A DNA stretch of 64,000 bases from an uncultured Candidatus Micrarchaeota archaeon. GTDB taxonomy: Archaea; Micrarchaeota; Micrarchaeia; CAILAH01. The position numbers were made by a program, and so were the translations under genes. Shown here piece after piece: positions 1-7,140 of the stretch. Under the pieces are notes generated by a model. That model was not told where the DNA came from. It worked only from the letters and a program-made list of their open reading frames with translations, and did not search any database. The stretch lies in the NCBI GenBank assembly GCA_903832205.1, contig CAILAH010000038.1, forward strand, positions 4,456 through 68,455. Reading direction: 5' to 3'. Position 1 is the first letter of the stretch. Each line of letters starts with the position of its first letter.

Positions 1-2
1 AG

Positions 3-254
3 GGCGGGGTTGATATGCTGAACGAGACCCAGCTCATTGAGGCCGGACATATGGTGGTTGTTGATGCCAATGGGATAATGACAATCACATCGCTTTCCGA
101 GCAGGACTGGGCATTGCAGGCCGCAGCATTTGATAGCATAATTATCCCTGGCGTCACAGATGATCAGGCGCCCGCAAGCCCCTGCGCCACAACAGCCCTG
201 CTATTATTATCTGGACTATTTCTTTTCGCTTTTGCACATCTGAAAAGAAGATAA
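3..254 (+). CDS. 3' end of a protein with a C-terminal Cys-TM-basic tail (probably partial at window edge)
   Basis: Frame is open to the window edge; ends APASPCATTALLLLSGLFLFAFAHLKRR. Confidence 0.7.
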   Translation, partial: GGVDMLNETQLIEAGHMVVVDANGIMTITSLSEQDWALQAAAFDSIIIPGVTDDQAPASPCATTALLLLSGLFLFAFAHLKRR

Positions 255-1112
255 TCAGAGCCCGCCCAGAAGATATGCAACCATTCCTAATGTGAGGGAA
301 AGCAGTGAGATTTTCTTGGCGGTTTCCTGGTCGTGGGGTGTGCCGAAGAATCGGACGGATGCGTAGAGGAGCCCGATTATGGAGCCGAGCGCGGGAATAA
401 GATAGAGATAGTTGCCCTGGAGCGGGGGCATGCTGAGGAATGGCCAGAGCGCAAGAAGCGATGCGGCAATGGTGAGCAATAGTGCCAGCACAAGGGACGG
501 GTTTTTTCCGATGAGGACGGGGAGCGTCACCGACCCACGCGCTTTCACATCGCCTTCAACGTCCTGTACCGTTTTTTGGATTTCCCTGGCCAGCCCGAAG
601 AGGAACGATGTGGCTACCACCACCATTGTGAGCGCGGAGATGGTGCCGCTCAATGCAACATCCGTGAATATGAATACAATCGCCATTGATGCCGCAATGA
701 TTGCATTGCCCAGGAGCGCCACATCCTTGAGCTTCCAGTCATATAATATGGAGAGGGAAGCAAACAGGAAAGCGATGTTGAGCGCATTAGTGCCCAAAGG
801 GACCGCAACAAGCACGCCCATTAAGAGCAAGGCAATACCGAGCCATTTCGCCTCCCACTCGCTTATCTCCCCCTTTACTATTGGCGTCTTCTTCTTGTTT
901 ATCCTGTCGCTCTCAGCATCAAAGTAATCATTGAGTGCAAATGCGCCCGCGGAAACTAAGAATGGGCAGAGTAAAAGAGAAACAAGTTGGGCATAAGTGA
1001 AAGAGAGGTGAAGAAGCACAATCGCGGTAATGACACCGAGCATTAGTATTACGGAATGCTCAATCCTGGTTAATTGTGCGATTGCTTTCAGGTTCATATG
1101 GATAATACTCAA
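255..1112 (-). CDS. UbiA-family prenyltransferase, probable digeranylgeranylglyceryl phosphate synthase (DGGGPS)
   Basis: NDYFDAESDRINK and REIQKTVQDVEGD Asp-rich motifs; multiple TM helices. Confidence 0.85.
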   Translation of the reverse strand: MSIIHMNLKAIAQLTRIEHSVILMLGVITAIVLLHLSFTYAQLVSLLLCPFLVSAGAFALNDYFDAESDRINKKKTPIVKGEISEWEAKWLGIALLLMGVLVAVPLGTNALNIAFLFASLSILYDWKLKDVALLGNAIIAASMAIVFIFTDVALSGTISALTMVVVATSFLFGLAREIQKTVQDVEGDVKARGSVTLPVLIGKNPSLVLALLLTIAASLLALWPFLSMPPLQGNYLYLIPALGSIIGLLYASVRFFGTPHDQETAKKISLLSLTLGMVAYLLGGL

Positions 1113-1128
1113 ATGGAAATATTAAAAA

Positions 1129-2217
1129 CTAGAATTCAAGGATGGACTTCTGCCCTTTCCCTTCCTCAAGATTCTCCACGCGTACCCCAATCCTCCTGAG
1201 CTCGGCGCTCGTGCCCGCGAGCAGCTCCCTATAGAGCGCCTCAACCGCAACATAGATGATCTTTGGGTCGGCAGTGGCGCGGGGAAGCTTGCGCGATTTG
1301 GAGTGTGGCTCCATATTCTCATCCACCGCGTTGATGCCCACAACGGAGCATACCTTCCCCTCCTCACTAAGCTGTGCGGCCACATCTTTTACAAGCGGCT
1401 CAACATTATTCATAATATAGGAGATGTCGCGCGAATCCTCCTTGAGCGTCCTAATCCTGCTGATTTGCTTCCTTTCCAGCTTCTGCTCAACGTTATCATC
1501 GCTCTCGCCGTGGGCTGCAAGCACGAGCCAGGCGCCGAATTTCTTACCGAACGTCTCAATCAGGAGAGCGGGCGAAACCTTCTGCAAATCCGCAACCTTA
1601 TAGACGCCCATCAAATCGAGCGCCTCCGTGGTCTTGGGCCCAATCCCGGGAATCTCAGAGACGGGGAGCGTGCGCAGGAATTTCTCAGAACCCTTCGGAA
1701 GGACTACAGTAAGCCCATCGGGCTTCTTCATCCCGCACGCTATCTTGGAGATAATCTTTGTGGCCCCAACCCCGATTGAGCAGGTGAGCCCCACATCCGC
1801 AAGCACCTCTTTCTTAATTTTCCTAGCCAATTTCTCAGCAAGGGCAAAATCACCCTTGCATCTCTCAGTGACGTCAATGAACGCCTCATCAATGCTGACC
1901 TGCTCGAACTTATCGGCATTCCTTATGAGCACTTCCATCACTTTCATTGAATATTCCTCATAAAGCTCATGCCGAACGGGAAGGAATGCAGAATCAACAC
2001 CTGCCAATCTCTTTTTCGCAAAAGCAATGGGAATGCCTGACTTGACGCCGAACTTGCGCGCAGTATAATTAGAGGTGGCAACCGCACCGCTTGATTCACT
2101 GCGGCCGGAGAACATGCAAACCACAACGGGCTTTCCCCTTAGCGAAGGGTCAAGCAGCTCCTCAACCTGCGCATAGAAGTAGTCCAGGTCCATGAGCATT
2201 ATTACCCGCTGCTGCAT
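1129..2217 (-). CDS. dinB: Y-family DNA polymerase IV (DinB/Dbh)
   Basis: MDLDYFYAQVE, SNYTARKFGV, SIDEAFID, KKPDG, IPGIG motifs. Confidence 0.95.
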   Translation of the reverse strand: MQQRVIMLMDLDYFYAQVEELLDPSLRGKPVVVCMFSGRSESSGAVATSNYTARKFGVKSGIPIAFAKKRLAGVDSAFLPVRHELYEEYSMKVMEVLIRNADKFEQVSIDEAFIDVTERCKGDFALAEKLARKIKKEVLADVGLTCSIGVGATKIISKIACGMKKPDGLTVVLPKGSEKFLRTLPVSEIPGIGPKTTEALDLMGVYKVADLQKVSPALLIETFGKKFGAWLVLAAHGESDDNVEQKLERKQISRIRTLKEDSRDISYIMNNVEPLVKDVAAQLSEEGKVCSVVGINAVDENMEPHSKSRKLPRATADPKIIYVAVEALYRELLAGTSAELRRIGVRVENLEEGKGQKSILEF

Positions 2218-2267
2218 ACTCTCATATCCTGTTTTTCTTTTATAATACTTACGTGAGAAGTGTTCTT

Positions 2268-2729
2268 ATGAAACTCTGGATGCTTCTTCTTATACTGCTT
2301 GCCACGCCGCTGGCGTTTGCGGATTGTGTAACTACCTACGACTCCTGCACGGCTTCCTGCTGTACTAACGTGGACGGGCAAGTCGATTACTCGAGTGGCA
2401 GCCCTACCTGCTCCGGCTATGGGGCAGTGAGCAAGGACAACTATGACACCTGCATCAGTATGGAATGTGTCTCGCCACTATTGACCTGCGTCGGCAGCTA
2501 CAGCTGCGCTGCAAAGCACTCCTCATGCCAGAACAGCTGCACGGGCGCACCTGGAAGCGGAGTGGGTGACTGCTACGCAACCTGTGATTCAGAGGGCGCG
2601 CAGTGCGCGATTGACGAGATGGACTCAGGCAACAATAACCCGCCAAGCCCATGCTGCAACGGCATAATGCTCGTCGGCGCAATACCATTGCTGTTCCTCC
2701 TTGGATTGCACATAAATAACAAGAGATGA
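2268..2729 (+). CDS. Secreted Cys-rich protein with C-terminal CC-TM-basic tail
   Basis: Signal peptide MKLWMLLLILLATPLAFA; Cx6Cx3CC scaffold; tail PPSPCCNG+hydrophobic+KR. Confidence 0.85.
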   Translation: MKLWMLLLILLATPLAFADCVTTYDSCTASCCTNVDGQVDYSSGSPTCSGYGAVSKDNYDTCISMECVSPLLTCVGSYSCAAKHSSCQNSCTGAPGSGVGDCYATCDSEGAQCAIDEMDSGNNNPPSPCCNGIMLVGAIPLLFLLGLHINNKR

Positions 2730-2734
2730 TTGGG

Positions 2735-3181
2735 ATGAAGTATGCATTATTTCTAATGCTTCTGGCACCGCTCTGCTTCGCAAGCTGCGGAACCGTATTT
2801 GACCAGTGCCAGTGGGACTGCTGCTCCTCAACGGGCAATACGCCCAGCGGCTCATTCAGCAGCGACACCTACTCCTGCTCTTTTGACACTGACTATATGC
2901 CATATGACTCCTGCGTAAGCACCACCTGCACTCCAAACTATCTGGACTGCAATGGTGCGCCATACAGCTGCAAATCGCAGCAGCAGAGCTGCATACAGAA
3001 ATGCTATGGAAGCAGCGATGAGTACTGCTTTGAGACCTGCGACAACAACGCAATAGACTGCATGGATGCGGGCGGCACGCCCAACCCTCCCAGCCCGGGA
3101 TGCTGCGGCGGGGTTGCGCTCCTTTTGGGCGTCCCGTTCCTGTTCGTTGCGGGCAGGCAATTTACAAAAAAGGTGAACTAA
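2735..3181 (+). CDS. Secreted Cys-rich protein with C-terminal GCCGG-TM-basic tail (paralog)
   Basis: Signal peptide MKYALFLMLLAPLCFA; same Cys spacing; alternative start 2726. Confidence 0.85.
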   Translation: MKYALFLMLLAPLCFASCGTVFDQCQWDCCSSTGNTPSGSFSSDTYSCSFDTDYMPYDSCVSTTCTPNYLDCNGAPYSCKSQQQSCIQKCYGSSDEYCFETCDNNAIDCMDAGGTPNPPSPGCCGGVALLLGVPFLFVAGRQFTKKVN

Positions 3182-3565
3182 ATGAAATGGGCTATATTAC
3201 TAATACTGTTGTTGGCTCCGCTGTGCTTTGCGGTGGAATATCCGAACCATTACTGCGGCCAGTATCTGACGTCGTGCGTAAAGCAGTGCTGCCCGAGCGT
3301 CCCCACAGGCAACTGGGACGAGGCACAGCAGGACTGCATCTATGACACCAATACCGTCTCTGATGAGCAGGCAATGCAGATCTGCGGCACCTGCGTGGAC
3401 GAATACGCACAGTGCGATGCGACCTACAACAGCGACGGCTCGCTGAGAGGCGGCTACACGCCGACAACCCCTTCATCCTCAAGCAGCGGCTGCTGCGGCG
3501 GATTAATCGCGCTCATTGCACTGCCCCTATTGTTTATAGCGGGAATGAAGCTTTCAAGGAAATAG
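3182..3565 (+). CDS. Secreted Cys-rich protein with C-terminal GCCGG-TM-basic tail (shorter paralog)
   Basis: Signal peptide MKWAILLILLLAPLCFA; Cx6Cx3CC; tail SSSSGCCGG+TM+KLSRK. Confidence 0.85.
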   Translation: MKWAILLILLLAPLCFAVEYPNHYCGQYLTSCVKQCCPSVPTGNWDEAQQDCIYDTNTVSDEQAMQICGTCVDEYAQCDATYNSDGSLRGGYTPTTPSSSSSGCCGGLIALIALPLLFIAGMKLSRK

Positions 3566-3645
3566 GCGCAGGTGCGCACACTTTCTCATTTTTTCTTTAC
3601 CTGCTTAACGATAAAACTAATAAGCCTCAGCGCTGATACATCCAC

Positions 3646-4587
3646 ATGGATGACGCCATCTCCGTAAGGAATGGTTCCAAGACATATCGCAGCGGCAAGG
3701 AGACCGTCATCGCTTTGGATGACATCTCGCTTTCCGTGAAGAAGGGCGAGATATTCGGCCTGCTCGGGCCCAACGGCGCGGGAAAGACATCACTAATCAG
3801 CATACTCGTGGGAATCCTCAATCCGGATTCCGGCTCTGCGGTAATATTCGGGAAGGACTGCGTCGAGGAGACGCAGGCGGTGCAGAGCAGTTTGAATTTA
3901 GTCTCGGGATTTTCAGGCGCAATAGGCTCGCTTTCGGTTGAGGAAGCGCTCACCTATTATGCAATGCTCTATAACGTGAAAGACTCGAAAAAGGTAATCG
4001 CCAGGCTCCTGAAGCAGATGAACCTGTATGAATCGCGCAACTGGACCGCGGAGGACCTTTCATCGGGCATGCGCCAGCGCTATTTCATATGTAGAGGACT
4101 GCTCAACGATCCGAAGCTGCTGGTGCTTGACGAGCCCACCGTAGGATTGGACGTGGAATCTGCAATAGATGTTCGCAAGATAATCAGGGACCTTAGGGCA
4201 AAGGGGCACACAATCCTGCTCACCACGCACAACATGTTCGAGGCGGAGGAGCTCTGCGACCGCATCGCGTTCATCAACCATGGGAAGATTCTTGCGATCG
4301 GAACGCCCGAAGAATTGAAAGGCAAAATCATAAGCCAGCGCACAATCGAGATACACTGCTCGATGGAGAAATGCGTCGCGGAGCAGCTGAAGGGCATGAA
4401 GGGCGTGAAGGCGCAGATAAAATCCCCGCAAATAGTCCACGTGACCGTTGACAGCTACACAAAAACCAAGGACATAATGCGCGCACTCGCCAGCTGCAAC
4501 GGTGAAATTTATTCAGTAAACGAAATGGAGCCGACATTTGAGGAAATCTACCTCAAGTTCATGAACAACAAGGGTGGCAAGAAATGA
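3646..4587 (+). CDS. ABC-2/DrrA-type exporter ATP-binding protein
   Basis: GPNGAGKT Walker A, LSSGMRQR signature, LVLDEPT Walker B, TTH switch. Confidence 0.95.
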   Translation: MDDAISVRNGSKTYRSGKETVIALDDISLSVKKGEIFGLLGPNGAGKTSLISILVGILNPDSGSAVIFGKDCVEETQAVQSSLNLVSGFSGAIGSLSVEEALTYYAMLYNVKDSKKVIARLLKQMNLYESRNWTAEDLSSGMRQRYFICRGLLNDPKLLVLDEPTVGLDVESAIDVRKIIRDLRAKGHTILLTTHNMFEAEELCDRIAFINHGKILAIGTPEELKGKIISQRTIEIHCSMEKCVAEQLKGMKGVKAQIKSPQIVHVTVDSYTKTKDIMRALASCNGEIYSVNEMEPTFEEIYLKFMNNKGGKK

Positions 4588-4654
4588 GAGGGCTAATGAT
4601 TGGCACATTGCGAAGGGCGACGATTGGTGATGCAAAGCAAGGGGGCGCAATGCA

Positions 4655-5428
4655 ATGAATGGCTCACTATCGCGCATCCTATCGCAGGTGTACCGGGGCG
4701 TAAACATGATGCGCAGGAACACCTTCCGACTTACCGACGTGTTCGTATGGCCCATCCTCTACCTGTTCACGCTCACATTCTTCGTCACCTACCTGGGCTC
4801 AAACCAGTCCTACCTCTATATGATAATATTGGGGATGATGGGCTGGAGGGCAATGTATTTCATCAACCTGGAGATGGTGACCGCGTTCACGGAGGAGTAC
4901 TGGTCAAAATCGCTGGGCTACCTGTTCGCATCGCCCATCTCGCGCATGGAGCTCGCCATCGGCTCCGCAATCAGCGGCCTGCTCAAGGCAATCATCGTGC
5001 TGATAATATATCTTGTGCTTACATACGCAATCTACGGGTTCACCGTGCCCAACTGGGGCATTTTCCTCGTGGGCGTGGCGTTCCTGCTTTTGGCTGGGTT
5101 CACCATGGGGCTTTTCATGCTCGGTGTCGGATATTTCATGAAACAGGAGGCGTTCAACATCTCGTTCATAATCCCCGATATGCTCGCTCTTCTCTCGGGA
5201 GTCTACTTCTCAATAGAGGTGGTTTACCCAAAATGGCTGCTGCCCGTAATACGCCTGCTCCCCACAACGCAGGCGTTCGAGCTGCTAAAGTCATCCGTTG
5301 GTCTTGGTAATCCAGACTATACGCTCCTAATAGTAACTGCAGTGGGCTGGCTCGCTGTTGCATATGCATTCAACGGCTACATGTACAACAAGGCGAAGAA
5401 AGAGGGAAAGCTCGCTCGCCTCGGCTGA
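4655..5428 (+). CDS. ABC-2 type transporter permease
   Basis: About 6 TM helices; LFASPISRME and LSGVYF...LLPTT motifs; follows the ATPase. Confidence 0.9.
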   Translation: MNGSLSRILSQVYRGVNMMRRNTFRLTDVFVWPILYLFTLTFFVTYLGSNQSYLYMIILGMMGWRAMYFINLEMVTAFTEEYWSKSLGYLFASPISRMELAIGSAISGLLKAIIVLIIYLVLTYAIYGFTVPNWGIFLVGVAFLLLAGFTMGLFMLGVGYFMKQEAFNISFIIPDMLALLSGVYFSIEVVYPKWLLPVIRLLPTTQAFELLKSSVGLGNPDYTLLIVTAVGWLAVAYAFNGYMYNKAKKEGKLARLG

Positions 5429-5483
5429 TGAGAGAAGCTTATTAAATATTCTTAAGCTGAACATAATTATCAGGTGATATTTA

Positions 5484-5654
5484 ATGGCAAAATTCCCGGA
5501 AGCAGAAGCAACACTCATGAACATTAAGATTTGCAAGAAGTGCAAGTCAAGGAACGCAAAGTCCGCTATCAAGTGCAGGAAGTGCGGCTATAAGTCGCTC
5601 AGGCCACGAAAGAAGGGCAAGTCTGCCAAGGGCGGCGGCGGCGCACCCAAGTAA
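5484..5654 (+). CDS. rpl40e: 50S ribosomal protein L40e (below ORF-track cutoff)
   Basis: Own translation [44 protein letters not shown]...; GGTGA RBS upstream. Confidence 0.93.
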   Translation: MAKFPEAEATLMNIKICKKCKSRNAKSAIKCRKCGYKSLRPRKKGKSAKGGGGAPK

Positions 5655-5810
5655 GGCTAGGCACTAATTTTTAATTACTTTATTTCTATCTTATTCCAGA
5701 CTCCAGGTATTCCAGTTAGTTGGGACATTCGTCTCCGGTTTTTTGCCTTGCGGCAAAAAACTGCCTGGAGTTTGTAAGCGCATATTTGCGCAAGCAAACT
5801 GCGCCCTTAC

Positions 5811-6037
5811 GCAGGGGTGGCGGAGCTCGGTCAAACGCGCGGGACTTAAGTGCCGCTCTTTCGGGTTGCCTAAAGAGCGGCGCCAGAAATGGCACTTAAG
5901 TTATGACCTCTGAAAAGAGGGATGATCTAAGAAATCCCGTGGCCTAGCGCCTACGCAGGTTCAAACGAAGGGCCCCAGCGGGCCCTTCGCAACCCATGCA
6001 ACCATGGATTGCGATTCTGGAAATCCTGCCCCCTGCA
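5811..6037 (+). tRNA. tRNA-Leu(TAA) with two introns: 37/38 (5851-5933) and T-loop 59/60 (5966-6023)
   Basis: Acceptor GCAGGGG/CCCCTGC-A; anticodon arm CGGGA-CTTAAG|A-TCCCG; long variable arm; T arm GCAGG-TTCAAA|T-CCTGC with BHB (TTCA/TGGA helix, AAC and AAT bulges). Confidence 0.9.
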
Positions 6038-6122
6038 CTTTATTTTCTCTCGGAAGCTTGTGCCGTTGAAAACACAAGGTTAATTAATTTTTATCAATTG
6101 AAGCAACTGTGGGTGTGTTATA

Positions 6123-7130
6123 ATGGGACAGAAATCTGATGATTCTAATAATATCGTATTAAACCAGGAAAATGAGGCCGTATCGGGCCCGCTGGCGCGC
6201 AATAAACGAAAGAGGGCGTTTGACAGGTGCAAGGAGCTTGTTGCCGTTGCTGCCATTGTCCTCTCCACTGCCGCGGTCACCGCAGTCACGACAAGATGCG
6301 GTGATTCAACTGAAGGGTCCAATGTTACACAGTCGGATACCGCTAGCACGACTGATATTGGCGAGCAGAAAGATGCTGGTCCAAAGGATACCGGCATTGG
6401 CCCGAAAGATATCGGCAGTGAAGATGCCTTTGATGGCGGCTCGCCCAAGGATGCTCAAACAACTCCTGATGAGGAACAGCCCGATGCTGGCCCAAAGGAT
6501 ACGGGCGCAGAGATGGAAACCCCTGACGGCGGGCAAACAACGGACGGCGGAGATCAAGAGCAAGCGGATGCCTCACAGCCCAATGACACTGGTAATACTA
6601 CAGATGGGCCGCAGCAAACAGATGGCGGCGACCAATTGGAAGATGCAGGCGAAAAAGATGCAGAGACAACAGATGCTAACAAGGAGGACGGTTCCTCACC
6701 TGATGTAATAAGCACGGACGGCGGGGACCTGCTTGAAGATACTGGCGAAGGAGATGCAGGCACAGCAAAAGAATTGTGCGACGAATATCCCGGCATAACA
6801 ATACCCATGTGGGCAAATGTGTCAGTCCCCTGGGACATGTTCGTAAAATACTTCTCAGGAGTAACTGGCTTTTCGGAAAAGATTGACGCGCTGAAAAATT
6901 ATGTGACCGTAATTAACGGTAGTGGGGAGAAAGTTGTCCTTCTTGCGGGGCAATACGATGCGGCACTGCCTTCACAGATGAGAATAATTTCCGCTGATGT
7001 TTTATTCGCAGTGGCAGGTGTTGTCAAGCTGGATGGCACAACCGTGGATGGCCTATGCCTGCAACACATGTGGAGCGCCGCGGAGCTTGATGCGGCATTC
7101 CAGGCAATGATGTCTGGCACGGGGAACTGA
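6123..7130 (+). CDS. Hypothetical membrane-anchored protein with acidic DAG/TDGG low-complexity repeats
   Basis: One hydrophobic segment ending TTRCG; repeated DAGPKDTG and TDGGDQ; C-terminal globular region. Confidence 0.75.
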   Translation: MGQKSDDSNNIVLNQENEAVSGPLARNKRKRAFDRCKELVAVAAIVLSTAAVTAVTTRCGDSTEGSNVTQSDTASTTDIGEQKDAGPKDTGIGPKDIGSEDAFDGGSPKDAQTTPDEEQPDAGPKDTGAEMETPDGGQTTDGGDQEQADASQPNDTGNTTDGPQQTDGGDQLEDAGEKDAETTDANKEDGSSPDVISTDGGDLLEDTGEGDAGTAKELCDEYPGITIPMWANVSVPWDMFVKYFSGVTGFSEKIDALKNYVTVINGSGEKVVLLAGQYDAALPSQMRIISADVLFAVAGVVKLDGTTVDGLCLQHMWSAAELDAAFQAMMSGTGN

Positions 7131-7140
7131 GGGTGATGTT

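Noticed and set aside
4600-5310. 236-aa alternative-frame ORF and the many antisense ORFs (e.g. 38406..39275, 42949..43851, 15853..16449)
   Set aside because: Shadows of better-supported genes, with no recognisable motifs.
2268-5428. RiPP (sactipeptide/ranthipeptide) cluster
   Set aside because: No radical SAM/SPASM or other maturase adjacent; the proteins have Sec signals and TM tails, favouring disulfides.
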